In this document: positions 16,246 through 25,868 of the stretch, one piece after another | How positions within the stretch are numbered: the stretch's first letter is position 1 | How the letters are laid out: every line of letters begins with the position of its first letter | Origin: Nitrosopumilales archaeon | GTDB lineage: Archaea > Thermoproteota > Nitrososphaeria > Nitrososphaerales > Nitrosopumilaceae | DNA length: 32,000 nt | Reading direction: 5' to 3' | NCBI GenBank assembly: GCA_007280335.1 | Contig: QYQE01000046.1 | Location: 1-32,000 of the forward strand | The notes under the pieces: generated by a model | The model's input: the letters and a program-made list of their open reading frames with translations, nothing else | What the model was told of the DNA's origin: nothing | Database searches by the model: none | Made by a program: the position numbers and the translations under genes

Positions 16246-17550
16246 TTATGCCTTTTCTTCTGCCATATTGTCTGGAAATGCTTTTTTGATGTAACTTGAT
16301 AGTGCTGGAAACTGAATTATCAAAGATGCTAGGACCACACCGAAAGTTATTGTTTGCAGAGTATCCTTAAACTCGCTTTCTGGAAGTGTTGCAACCAATG
16401 CTACTGACAACGCCCCTCTCATACCGCCAATCCATACAACATTTCGCCATGTTCTAGGAATGTTTTCTTTAGTAAATTTGTTAGTTAAGCGGAGTATTGG
16501 ATAAGTGGATACAGCTCTTGCAGCCAATACAAAAATAAATGCTAATATTATCAGAGGGAGATTTTGACCAATCCTTAGCAAGTCCATACTTAATCCTAAA
16601 TAAAGGAAAGCTAACGAATTGGCAAAAAATGCTAGCATCTCCCAAAAATTGGAAGTATATGTTCTTACTTTGGGGCTGATGATTTTCTCACTTTTCATTG
16701 TTATATTTCCAAAGTATAGTCCTGCAACAGCTGCTGCTATTAGGCCAGACATACCTAATGAATTTGCAACTACAACTGAGCCAAACATTACTGCAACTGA
16801 AAGGGCTGTCTCCGAAAATGGATCATCTAGTAACTTGTGCAATCTATGTGCTGCTGCAGAAATAGCTAATCCAACAGCTATTCCTCCAAAAAATACTAGT
16901 GCAAAATGTTCTAATTCGTCGACGATGTTTAAATTTATTCCCGCATTGACCTCAGTTGTTCCTAGTGTTGATCCTTGTGCTACTGCTATTGCAATTATTG
17001 ATGAAAATATTATAACACCAGTCGCATCGTTGAAACTTGCTTCAGATTCCATTAGGGTAGAAAGTAATTTTGGTACTCTGACTTTTTTGAATACCTCTAT
17101 TACAATGGCGGCATCTGTTGGCGCAATTAAAGCTGCAAACGCAAAAGATACGATGTATGGTAAACCTGCAAAATATACTAGCAGGAATCCACCAACCAAG
17201 GTTGCAAGAAGGACTCCGACAGTAGATAACAAAAGTGATGATATCTGTACTTGTTTGAATTCCTCATGTTTAATTTTCATCATTGCTTCAAAAATTAATG
17301 GTGGAACTATGAAAACCAAAATTAATTTTGGGTCTACCTTGAACTGGGCTATATTAGCAAAATTAAGTCCTGTAAAGTGAAATAAGGAAATTGTAACTCC
17401 TACTCCAACAAGAACCATTGTATAAGGAATTTTTATCTTCGAGGAGATCAATGATGCAATAAATATTGTAACTAGAAACAATGGAATCAAATATTCTGTA
17501 CTTAAAAACTGTGTTAAAATTGCACTAGCCATGTTGATTATGTTCCTCAA
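16246..17550 (-). CDS. Na+/H+ antiporter, CPA1/NhaP family
   Basis: Polytopic; FAALIAPTDAAIVIEVFKKVRVPKLLSTLMESEASFNDATGVIIF and WIGGMRGALSVALVATLP motifs. Confidence 0.9.
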   Translation of the reverse strand: MRNIINMASAILTQFLSTEYLIPLFLVTIFIASLISSKIKIPYTMVLVGVGVTISLFHFTGLNFANIAQFKVDPKLILVFIVPPLIFEAMMKIKHEEFKQVQISSLLLSTVGVLLATLVGGFLLVYFAGLPYIVSFAFAALIAPTDAAIVIEVFKKVRVPKLLSTLMESEASFNDATGVIIFSSIIAIAVAQGSTLGTTEVNAGINLNIVDELEHFALVFFGGIAVGLAISAAAHRLHKLLDDPFSETALSVAVMFGSVVVANSLGMSGLIAAAVAGLYFGNITMKSEKIISPKVRTYTSNFWEMLAFFANSLAFLYLGLSMDLLRIGQNLPLIILAFIFVLAARAVSTYPILRLTNKFTKENIPRTWRNVVWIGGMRGALSVALVATLPESEFKDTLQTITFGVVLASLIIQFPALSSYIKKAFPDNMAEEKA

Positions 17551-17628
17551 GTTTCCAAATTATAAAAAGAGTTCCAAGAACCTTTTTTTCTATATTGGCA
17601 ACAAATCTATTAGAAATTATCTAAAAAT

Positions 17629-20118
17629 CTAAGTACCAAATTCTTGTTGCATGGTTTTTAGAAAATTAGAATTAATTCTAATTCGCTCTAAAGTTTGGGC
17701 AAGCTTCATTTCAGTTCCCGGTGTTTTGTGTTTTTTGAAGAAATATTTTACCTCTTGCTCTTTTTTGATATTAGATTCTATAGCCAAAGTGCCTATGATT
17801 CTGTTCAACAATGGATTGCCTACTCCAAATCTTACTACTATTTTGTTCCAATTCTTTTTTATCCATGGCCAGATCAGTTCTTTTCCGTAAGGATTGGCAG
17901 CCATTTTAGAAATAGGTAAAAACAAGTTTTGAGAACGAACCTCCTTTGATAAAGTAAACTGTAATGATTTGGAAAGCAGTTTTTTATTTTGAAAATTAGA
18001 TAGGGCCCCAAGTAATCTTATTTTCTCTTCTTGGGTTGGAGCCTTTCTGTACATTTTTCTTAAAAGTTGGTATGTTTTCTTATCACCGTTCCAAGCTACA
18101 AGAGAATATACTGCACTGCGCAAATCCGGATTAAGTGAGTTGGATTTTAAGAAACTAGAAAATCTTCTTTTAGATTCCTCTAAAATTTCATCATCGCCAA
18201 GCTTACCAAGAGAACTAATTACAGAGTTTCTAAGAAGAGCGTCCGTTGGTTTTTCTCCCTTTTTCTGTTCCCATCCCAACCTTTCAAATATTCTTCTAAA
18301 GCATTCCTTGTTGAATTCTTTGATCTCCTCCCCAAACCTCTCCTTAGATAACGAACCGTAAATGAAATTCAGGTTACTTACTATGTCTGCTAAGACAAGG
18401 TAATCATCTTCTTCAATGTAGCACTTTACAAACTCAAGATACTTTTTCAATGATATCTGATTGGAAATACACAGGGCAAACAGATCGTGTTGAAGACTCC
18501 AACGGTCTACATTACTCAATATTTTTTCTTGTACTAGTTCCCCTAGGCGCTCTAGTGTTTCATCATCATATTTTACCCTGTAGAAACCCTTCTGGCCTGA
18601 ATTTATCTTAAACCAACCAAACTTACTATCAATTGGAATTGTAATAGGATTGGTCATCAACTTTGAAACAAGATTGTTACCTGTTTTTACAGAAACGGGT
18701 ATTATCCAATTTCCCTTCTTTGACTTTCCATTCTCAAGCAAGAACCTTTTTTGTTGCAGTTTTATTTTGGAATCATTGACAGTTGCTTCGATTAACGGAT
18801 ATCCTACTTGCTTCACCCAACTATTCATCATCTGCCTTACAGGCTTCTTTGACACAGATGCTAGAGAATTCCAGAGATCTTCACCTTTGGCATTGCTATA
18901 CTTGTGTTTTAAAAGATAATTGTGTAATCCAACACGAAAGTTTTTTTCTCCAAGAAAATCTTCCAACATCATAAGTACGCATCCTCCTTTGTTGTAGCTT
19001 ATCTCATCAAAAATTTGTCTTACATCAGATGGGCTTTTTACTTTGACATCTATTGGATGAGATGTTTTAAGTGAATCAAGACTCAAGCCTCCAGTCATCT
19101 CTGATATTAGAAATTGGTCCCAGAAATCCCATTCTGGATAAAATTTGTCTACTGCTTTTGTAGCCATAAATGTGGCAAAGCTTTCATTGAGCCATAGGTC
19201 ATTCCACCACTTCATAGTAACAAGATTGCCAAACCACTGGTGTGCAATTTCATGAGATATTACCTCTGCAATATGCTGTTTAGTTTCAGTTGAGGATGTT
19301 TTTGGATCATAAAGCAGTACTGTCTCTCTAAATGTTATGGCTCCCCAGTTTTCCATGGCACCTGATGCAAAGTCTGGAATTGCTATCATGTCTAATTTTG
19401 GAAGAGGATATTTTATTTGAAAATAATCTTGATAAAATGAAAGAAATTGTTTTGTAAATTCAAGGGAAGCCTTGCCCAACATTTTCTTGCCTTTTGTTGT
19501 AATGATTCTAATCTGTGTCTTGCCAAGCCGTCCCTCTAAAAACTCGAATTCGCCAACACCAAGATACAAAAGATATGTTGACATTATTGGTGATCGTGCA
19601 AACTTGAATACTGTTTTCTTTCCAATTTTCTTTTTGGATGTTACAGGCATGTTAGAAATTGCCGTTAAATTGCTATCCACAATAAGAGTAACATCAAAAG
19701 TTGCCTTTGCATCCGGCTCATCCCAGCATGGAAAAGCACGTCTTGCATCTGCAGCCTCAAATTGGGTAGTGGCAAGAAGTTTTTCTTTACCTTTGTATTC
19801 GTATTTGCTCCTGTAAAAGCCTACAAGTTTGTCATTTAAGGTGCCTTCAAAATCAATCAACAATACAGCTTTTCCTGAAATTTTTTCTGGTAACGAAAGA
19901 ACTAGTTCCTCATTTTTGGCATCAAGTCTTATCTTGGGTCTAATGGTCTTTTTATTTAGTATGATCTGGCAGTCTTTAATCTCCAATTCTGCAGAGTTTA
20001 GAACTATCTGCCGTGTGGCTCTTGCTTGTATGGTGATCTTCTCTCTTCCTTTGAACTTGAATTTATTAAAATCCGGTTCAAATTCCAGATCATAACTAAT
20101 TGGAAAAACTGTTTTCAC
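17629..20118 (-). CDS. M1-family zinc aminopeptidase (tricorn-interacting factor-like)
   Basis: GAMENWGAITFRE and HEIAHQWFGNLVTMKWWNDLWLNESFA catalytic motifs. Confidence 0.95.
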   Translation of the reverse strand: MKTVFPISYDLEFEPDFNKFKFKGREKITIQARATRQIVLNSAELEIKDCQIILNKKTIRPKIRLDAKNEELVLSLPEKISGKAVLLIDFEGTLNDKLVGFYRSKYEYKGKEKLLATTQFEAADARRAFPCWDEPDAKATFDVTLIVDSNLTAISNMPVTSKKKIGKKTVFKFARSPIMSTYLLYLGVGEFEFLEGRLGKTQIRIITTKGKKMLGKASLEFTKQFLSFYQDYFQIKYPLPKLDMIAIPDFASGAMENWGAITFRETVLLYDPKTSSTETKQHIAEVISHEIAHQWFGNLVTMKWWNDLWLNESFATFMATKAVDKFYPEWDFWDQFLISEMTGGLSLDSLKTSHPIDVKVKSPSDVRQIFDEISYNKGGCVLMMLEDFLGEKNFRVGLHNYLLKHKYSNAKGEDLWNSLASVSKKPVRQMMNSWVKQVGYPLIEATVNDSKIKLQQKRFLLENGKSKKGNWIIPVSVKTGNNLVSKLMTNPITIPIDSKFGWFKINSGQKGFYRVKYDDETLERLGELVQEKILSNVDRWSLQHDLFALCISNQISLKKYLEFVKCYIEEDDYLVLADIVSNLNFIYGSLSKERFGEEIKEFNKECFRRIFERLGWEQKKGEKPTDALLRNSVISSLGKLGDDEILEESKRRFSSFLKSNSLNPDLRSAVYSLVAWNGDKKTYQLLRKMYRKAPTQEEKIRLLGALSNFQNKKLLSKSLQFTLSKEVRSQNLFLPISKMAANPYGKELIWPWIKKNWNKIVVRFGVGNPLLNRIIGTLAIESNIKKEQEVKYFFKKHKTPGTEMKLAQTLERIRINSNFLKTMQQEFGT

Positions 20119-20158
20119 GATATTCTGGTTCTAAAAAAACGAGTAATATATCTTTGAT

Positions 20159-20653
20159 CTAATGTAAAAAGGTAACAAGCCACTGTGTGAAATGAAAGCT
20201 AAGGAATACTATTGCTACTGCTTTTACTGTCTTGCCAGTTGTCATCATAATTGTATATCTTACAATATTGTATTTTTTAGTACCAGCTACGATAGATACA
20301 ACATCTCCAATTATGGGAATCCATGGAGAGAAGAAAATTATTGTAGCCCAACCATACTTGGTCATAATGCTTACGCTTTTTTGTTCATATTTTTGAGGAG
20401 TTTTTCGAAGTTTTCTTAGTAACCTTCCATTGTATCCAATATAGTATGCAATATAGCCGCCAATTATGGAACTGATGGTTAACACTAAAAAAACATCTAT
20501 TGGATTTGCTCCACCCAAAAGTAATGCAGAGATGGTTGCCTCTGTTGGAATTGGAATAAAACTTGAAAACATTCCATTAAAAAACAATCCCAAGAGACCA
20601 TATTTTATGAATAACGTATTGTGTAATATGGAATTAATGGCGTCGCCTAACAT
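20159..20653 (-). CDS. DedA/SNARE-associated (VTT) family membrane protein
   Basis: FSSFIPIPTEATISALLLGGANPIDVFLVLTISSIIGGYIAYYIGYNGR ... KYGWATIIFFSPWIPIIGDVVSIVAG. Confidence 0.75.
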   Translation of the reverse strand: MLGDAINSILHNTLFIKYGLLGLFFNGMFSSFIPIPTEATISALLLGGANPIDVFLVLTISSIIGGYIAYYIGYNGRLLRKLRKTPQKYEQKSVSIMTKYGWATIIFFSPWIPIIGDVVSIVAGTKKYNIVRYTIMMTTGKTVKAVAIVFLSFHFTQWLVTFLH

Positions 20654-20668
20654 TGCCTGACATCCTTT

Positions 20669-20902
20669 TTAGCTTGTTTTAAATGAATTGCCAAATTTTT
20701 CGTCGTAATCATAAATTGTAATGGCAATCTGAGATAACAATTTCATTTTTGATTTTTGCGCTTTGGGATTGTTGCTATAGTCTTTTTGTTCTACAAGAAT
20801 TTGGAGACGTTCTAACTGTACGCGTGCAAGACCCTTTACACCTCTCTGTGCTACAACATCTAAAAGTTGTAATCGTTCAAGATCGTCATTAGAATCAGAC
20901 AT
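20669..20902 (-). CDS. Small conserved-looking hypothetical protein
   Basis: 77-aa ORF filling an otherwise unassigned gap; no recognised domain. Confidence 0.6.
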   Translation of the reverse strand: MSDSNDDLERLQLLDVVAQRGVKGLARVQLERLQILVEQKDYSNNPKAQKSKMKLLSQIAITIYDYDEKFGNSFKTS

Positions 20903-20922
20903 TGTGATAGATAGAAAACAAG

Positions 20923-21168
20923 TTGTTTAATATTTATCTTATATCCAGATTGATTGTGATTTACAAAGTCTCTGTTACATTTCATAAGGATTTCATCGAA
21001 GTCAACAATGATGAGATATCTGTAGGAATAAAATCAAAACCAGAAAAAGGCAAAGCTAACAGAGAGCTGATTAAAAAACTCTCAAAACACTTCAATGTGT
21101 CACAATCTCAGGTGAAAATTACATCTGGGGAAAAACCTAGAAAAAAATTAATTCAGATAATAACATAA
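20923..21168 (+). CDS. DUF167/YggU family protein
   Basis: VGIKSKPEKGKANRELIKKLSKHFNVSQSQVKITSGEKPRKKLIQI. Confidence 0.85.
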   Translation: MFNIYLISRLIVIYKVSVTFHKDFIEVNNDEISVGIKSKPEKGKANRELIKKLSKHFNVSQSQVKITSGEKPRKKLIQIIT

Positions 21169-21223
21169 AATTTCTAGAGTTTTCAAAACCCTAAAAAGTG
21201 ACACGTTATTATGATGATATTAA

Positions 21224-21631
21224 ATGAAATCAATGATGTTTTTGATGACCGTGTCCGTACTTACAGTTCTCCTGGTACCAATAATACACGATGCTTTTGC
21301 TATTCAAGGAGATGTCTCTTCTGCCGCTCTAAAAAATGGAACTTGGGAAACCAAAGTAAACAAACAAGTTCAGATAACATCTGATATAACAAACAATCAG
21401 GATAGGACTCAACCTTTTGCATATTTGGTACAAATCCAAAATCATGATGGGGTGGTAGTCTCATTATCGTGGCTTACAGGTTCATTAGATTCCGGTCAAT
21501 CCTTGAATCCTTCTCAATCATGGACACCTGTATCACCGGGAACTTATAGCGCCCAAATATTTGTGTGGGCAGGCATAAACAATCCAGATGCATTGTCTGT
21601 ACCATTAAACATGATGATTACGGTAACCTAA
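21224..21631 (+). CDS. Exported hypothetical protein
   Basis: Signal peptide ending HDAFA followed by a beta-rich Ig/CARDB-like domain. Confidence 0.7.
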   Translation: MKSMMFLMTVSVLTVLLVPIIHDAFAIQGDVSSAALKNGTWETKVNKQVQITSDITNNQDRTQPFAYLVQIQNHDGVVVSLSWLTGSLDSGQSLNPSQSWTPVSPGTYSAQIFVWAGINNPDALSVPLNMMITVT

Positions 21632-21674
21632 ACTTACACCATTTTCAATAATATCAAAACTTGTAATTATTATT

Positions 21675-22091
21675 TTATTTTTGTGACTCGGCAAGAAAAG
21701 TACTCATGTTATTGTGTACTAGTGGAATTACTTTTTTTATTATAGTTTCATGGAAGTTTGGAGTATCCGCATCAAAAGATAGCAAAAGAACGTAAGATAG
21801 TCTGCTGTTTTCATCAGCAATTGGAATTGTTGCTCGTGTTATTTTGGAATAATGAGAGCTTGCATACAATATTCTGCCTAAGAGATATTCCCACCTTAGC
21901 CTGGTGTATTGACGTGTTGCTGCAGTTATTGCGTATTGTGCGCGTTCTTCTGGAGTGAGTAATGCTTCCAAACCTTTTCGTTCCGAAGTAGCCTCTAACT
22001 TTCCATCTTCATCTGCTATTCCTGCAAAGCGAATTGATGGATCTAGTGCTATTACTTTATCACAAAATTCCTGAAAGAACTTTTTCATCAA
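21675..22091 (-). CDS. Hypothetical cytoplasmic protein of a recurrent thaumarchaeal family
   Basis: 138 aa; DPSIRFAGIADEDGKLEATSERKGLEALLTPEE... type. Confidence 0.65.
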   Translation of the reverse strand: MMKKFFQEFCDKVIALDPSIRFAGIADEDGKLEATSERKGLEALLTPEERAQYAITAATRQYTRLRWEYLLGRILYASSHYSKITRATIPIADENSRLSYVLLLSFDADTPNFHETIIKKVIPLVHNNMSTFLAESQK

Positions 22092-22188
22092 TTAGTGTAT
22101 TTTGTGGAGGTATATTTATCATTACAGATCTTAATACCATTTCATGAATTTTAGGTAAACACAATCATGAAAATAATCAAAACACCAT

Positions 22189-22455
22189 TTATTTATCATG
22201 AGCTATTTGCTTTGGTCTAAATGCTTGAAATAGATAGTTGCAAAATAACATTAACCCAATCCAGATGGCTAACATTAGAATTGGTGTCCAATAACCTATG
22301 CAATCATGACAAAGAAACCGGTTCACCAAAAAAACCACCAGCCCTCCAACAAAAACTCCTACGGAATAATCTAAAAGCCTCCACCAAAAATACTTCATTA
22401 GCTTTGTATAGTATGACCAAAATATAAAATTGTGACAATACTGTATAATAGACAT
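22189..22455 (-). CDS. Small two-TM membrane protein (true start possibly at internal ATG, MKYFWW...)
   Basis: Two hydrophobic segments separated by NRFLCHDCIGYW. Confidence 0.5.
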   Translation of the reverse strand: MSIIQYCHNFIFWSYYTKLMKYFWWRLLDYSVGVFVGGLVVFLVNRFLCHDCIGYWTPILMLAIWIGLMLFCNYLFQAFRPKQIAHDK

Positions 22456-22605
22456 AATTGAACGAAACTACTGAACATTCAGTTCATTGCGGGTATCGTA
22501 ACCGTAATGGATATCGCCATGATTTCTGTGCATGCTGGTGTCACAAAGAAGTGAAGCAAAAGAATCAAAAATAAAGTTCCGCTTATTAAGGAGAATTGAA
22601 TAGAA

Positions 22606-23082
22606 ATGGTTCTGAAACCAAAAAGTCCAAACGAATCAAAGGCTGAGATGACAGTCAGAATGTTTCCATCTGATGCAAATCCCAACGGTAACGTCTTTGG
22701 AGGTGAGATTTTAAAACAAATTGATCTTATTGCGGGTCTAGTGGCACAAAGACATGCAAGAATGAATACGGTAACAGCTAGTATAGACAGAGTTAATTTC
22801 CTTAAACCTGTTTTTGTTGGAAATGCTATCATACTTAATGCTAGAGTAAACTATGTTCATAGATCATCAATGGAAATTGAAATCAAAGTTGAGGCTGAAG
22901 ATTTGATGAACGGAAATATAACACTTACAAATACTGCATTTGTCACAGCAGTCGCACTTGGGTCTGATGGTAAAACAAGAGAAGTTCCTCCACTACTTTT
23001 AGAAACTGAAGGAGAAAAGAAAAGATTTGTGGAAGGAGAGGCAAGGATGAATCGAAGACTAAAGGAACGTGCTACAAAATAA
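22606..23082 (+). CDS. Acyl-CoA thioesterase, hotdog fold
   Basis: MFPSDANPNGNVFGGEILKQIDLIAGLVAQRHARMNTVTASIDRVNFLKPVFVGNAI signature of acyl-CoA hydrolases. Confidence 0.9.
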   Translation: MVLKPKSPNESKAEMTVRMFPSDANPNGNVFGGEILKQIDLIAGLVAQRHARMNTVTASIDRVNFLKPVFVGNAIILNARVNYVHRSSMEIEIKVEAEDLMNGNITLTNTAFVTAVALGSDGKTREVPPLLLETEGEKKRFVEGEARMNRRLKERATK

Positions 23083-23133
23083 AATCAGTATTACAAATTT
23101 TTTTCTAAGAAGTTGATTTTAATATGAACTACA

Positions 23134-23913
23134 TTAACATTGGTAGCCACCGGGAGGGCCATTTTTTACAACGTCTGCAAATTCCGTACCAGAGTAACCT
23201 TTGTTAATTGTAAATGGAATGATGCCAAAAATTGGTGCATTAAGTTTTGTTATAACTTGTGCATCAGTTGCATTAAAGACAGAACCTAGGTTTACAACTT
23301 CAGACAGCGCTTGCTTGTCTATAGTAAACGTTCCGTCTAAAAGTGTGGACGATTTTGGAGAAATGGTACTACCAATAATTGAAGCAGTCTCAAGAACTCT
23401 GGATTTGTAAACTGCACTTATCTCATAACTATGAAAACTAGCAGGAAAGTAAGATGGGTTGCAAGCCTGAGCTTGAATATGCATCACCGTTTCAGAAATT
23501 GCATATTGATTACCCTGATGCGGCTTTATCTGCAAAGAATTTACCGCATATGCATCAGCTGTTATGTAGCTGAAGAATATGGCTACAACAACAAGACCAG
23601 CTATTGCAATTTTTTTTCTGTTACTTTTTGGTGTTTTTGAGACTATATTTGCTTCAGAAATATTGCTAGAATTGGGTTTGTTATCTGACTCTGTGGTAGA
23701 ATTTTCAACTGACAATGATTCTTCATTCTTAGGTTCGTTAGTTTCTGAAAAGCTTTCAATGTATTGCTGGTCAGATGATTCAATAGGATTTCCATTTTGA
23801 AGAGAATTTAAAATATTATGTAATCTTTCAATATCGCCACTTCCTTTATCAATTAATTCTTGTATTTTCTTGGCTGTCTCTTCAGACACGCTTTTGCCAT
23901 ATTTCAACTGCAT
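23134..23913 (-). CDS. Single-TM protein with the same N-terminal module as 15007..15375 and an exported C-terminal domain
   Basis: ELIDKGSGDIERLHNILNSLQNGNPIESSDQQYIES, then TM RKKIAIAGLVVVAIFFSYITADAYA. Confidence 0.8.
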   Translation of the reverse strand: MQLKYGKSVSEETAKKIQELIDKGSGDIERLHNILNSLQNGNPIESSDQQYIESFSETNEPKNEESLSVENSTTESDNKPNSSNISEANIVSKTPKSNRKKIAIAGLVVVAIFFSYITADAYAVNSLQIKPHQGNQYAISETVMHIQAQACNPSYFPASFHSYEISAVYKSRVLETASIIGSTISPKSSTLLDGTFTIDKQALSEVVNLGSVFNATDAQVITKLNAPIFGIIPFTINKGYSGTEFADVVKNGPPGGYQC

Positions 23914-23995
23914 TTAAAGCCACCTAAAAATACAAAAATCAAAATTGCATTAATTCAATTCAAAGCCATATTTAACGGAGTGTACATAATACAAC

Positions 23996-24154
23996 ATGTT
24001 AAAGATCAAAACTGTTGTAAAGGTAATAGTGATGATAATCAGTGGAATTGCAATAGTTGTAGTAGGGGGATTTATGATGGGTGCTATTGCAAGGCTGTGG
24101 ACAGGTAAAGAGACAAAAAATTCTAAAGACCAAAAACAAAATTCAGATATCTAA
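23996..24154 (+). CDS. Small single-TM protein, 52 aa (MLKIKTVVKVIVMIISGIAIVVVGGFMMGAIARLWTGKETKNSKDQKQNSDI)
   Basis: Read directly; ATG 23996 to TAA 24152..24154; clear helix plus basic/polar tail; below the ORF track length cut-off. Confidence 0.5.
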   Translation: MLKIKTVVKVIVMIISGIAIVVVGGFMMGAIARLWTGKETKNSKDQKQNSDI

Positions 24155-24188
24155 TTTATCCATAGAACTTAAGTATTTGATCTCAAAA

Positions 24189-24317
24189 ATGTATGTTATG
24201 TGTGAAATGATTGATGAGATAGAAATTGAACATCTAAGAATGGCATTAGCACGAGCAAGAAAAGAAACAAGCCCTCAACTAGAAGAGGAAAATCCAATTA
24301 CCGTCGTTGCACAATAA
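24189..24317 (+). CDS. Small 42-aa acidic protein (MYVMCEMIDEIEIEHLRMALARARKETSPQLEEENPITVVAQ)
   Basis: Likely true start of the ORF track entry 24081..24317, whose first part only shadows the 52-aa ORF. Confidence 0.45.
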   Translation: MYVMCEMIDEIEIEHLRMALARARKETSPQLEEENPITVVAQ

Positions 24318-24369
24318 AATTATCAAACACAACTAGTATTCTGCTAACACAAAGTATGGCTAATTGAAA

Positions 24370-24993
24370 TTATGATGCTACTCGAAGAAACCTTTCTTCA
24401 ACCTCAGTCCAGTTGACTACATTCCACCAAGCTTGTATGTAATCAGCTCGCCTGTTTTGATACTTGAGATAATACGCATGCTCCCATACATCTAATCCTA
24501 ATAACGGAATAGCACTTTGTGTATAAGGACTAGTCTGGTTTTCTGTTGTTCTAAATTCTATTCTAGAAAAGGTTTGATTGTAAACTAGCCAACCCCAACC
24601 ACTTCCCTGTATTGCAGATGTGCCAGCAGAAAATTTTTCTTTAAACTCTTTGAAGCTTCCAAAGTAAATCTTTATCTCATCAGCAAGTCTGCCTCCTGGC
24701 TCTCCTCCACCATTTGGTTTCATGCTCTCCCAGAACAATTTGTGATTTTCAAATCCACCGCCGTAAAAATTAATTGCGTTTCTTATGTTTTCAGGAACGG
24801 AACTTAGATCTGATAAAATTCCAACAATATAGTTTTTGTGAGTTAGAGCGTTAATGCTTTGTAACGCTGCGTTTAGACCATCTGCATAAGCTTGGTGGTG
24901 CTTGGCATGATGTATCTCCATCGTCTTTGTATCTATGTGTGGTTCTAAGGCATCGTATGAATATGGCAATGGTGGCACAACATATGTTCCCAT
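24370..24993 (-). CDS. sodA: Fe/Mn superoxide dismutase
   Basis: YDALEPHIDTKTMEIHHAKHHQAYADGLNAAL and LDVWEHAYYLKYQNRRADYIQAWWNVVNW metal-ligand motifs. Confidence 0.95.
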   Translation of the reverse strand: MGTYVVPPLPYSYDALEPHIDTKTMEIHHAKHHQAYADGLNAALQSINALTHKNYIVGILSDLSSVPENIRNAINFYGGGFENHKLFWESMKPNGGGEPGGRLADEIKIYFGSFKEFKEKFSAGTSAIQGSGWGWLVYNQTFSRIEFRTTENQTSPYTQSAIPLLGLDVWEHAYYLKYQNRRADYIQAWWNVVNWTEVEERFLRVAS

Positions 24994-25077
24994 GATTTTT
25001 CTTTGAAAAATTCGTCTTATATCCTAACTGGCCAAATCTGCCTAAAGTATTAATCATAATCATGGACAACAACTATT

Positions 25078-25776
25078 GTGAAAATAGAACAAAAAATAGA
25101 ACCTGACATTCAAAAGCCGCTAATTATTGCGGCCATGCAAGACATGGGAGATGTTGGCAGTATTGTGATTGATTTTATTAACAAAAGCCTTGACACATAT
25201 CCATTTAGAGAAATCGCTTCATCGCTTCCAGGATATGTAATTGACAATGGAGGTTTCATAGAATTGCCAGAGGAAACATGGGAGTATAGGTATACTAAAG
25301 ATACGATTGTCTTTGGTGGCGGCGCAGGACAACCGCAAACAAACGAAGAGCTAAACGAGTTGTGTCAGGATGTGATTGGTATTGCAAAAAAATATTCTGC
25401 TAGATTCATCTATACTGTAGGGGGATTTCATACCCCACGTGATTTTGGGAAAGAACCAAAAACCTTTGTTACAACAACATCTGCAAGCCTTGCAGATAGA
25501 GTAAGAAAGTTAGGTGTAGAAACTACCCCGGAACAATCTATTATCACTGGTTTTAATGGCCTTATTCTTGGTTTTGCAAAACTAAACAACATTGAAGGTA
25601 TTGGACTGTATGGCGAGCTAAATGACCCAAAGGTCCCTCAATACCGCTCATCTAAAAGCATCATTAAGACATTGGAGAAATTAACGTACCAGAAATTTGA
25701 TGACACTGCAGAACTTGATGTGATGGCAGATGCAGTTGAAGACAAGGTGCGCACCAGAGGATCTCTTGATATCTGA
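25078..25776 (+). CDS. PAC2 family protein (proteasome assembly chaperone-like)
   Basis: MQDMGDVGSIVIDFI...YTVGGFHTP...ITGFNGLILGFAKLNNIEGIGLYGEL. Confidence 0.83.
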   Translation: MKIEQKIEPDIQKPLIIAAMQDMGDVGSIVIDFINKSLDTYPFREIASSLPGYVIDNGGFIELPEETWEYRYTKDTIVFGGGAGQPQTNEELNELCQDVIGIAKKYSARFIYTVGGFHTPRDFGKEPKTFVTTTSASLADRVRKLGVETTPEQSIITGFNGLILGFAKLNNIEGIGLYGELNDPKVPQYRSSKSIIKTLEKLTYQKFDDTAELDVMADAVEDKVRTRGSLDI

Positions 25777-25868
25777 TTTTTTTTATTAAATTATTGTACT
25801 GTCGCTGATAAAATTCATAGCTAGAAAATTCTTTTTTAATTAGCAGTATAGGTGAATTATGAATACAT

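Noticed and set aside
16619-17380. 253-aa plus-strand ORF
   Set aside because: Antisense shadow of the NhaP-type antiporter; composition mirrors hydrophobic codons of the real gene.
22479-22832. 117-aa minus-strand ORF
   Set aside because: Antisense to the start of the acyl-CoA thioesterase gene; no domain support.
24851-25072. 73-aa minus-strand ORF
   Set aside because: Overlaps the start of the superoxide dismutase gene in a different frame, with no recognisable domain.
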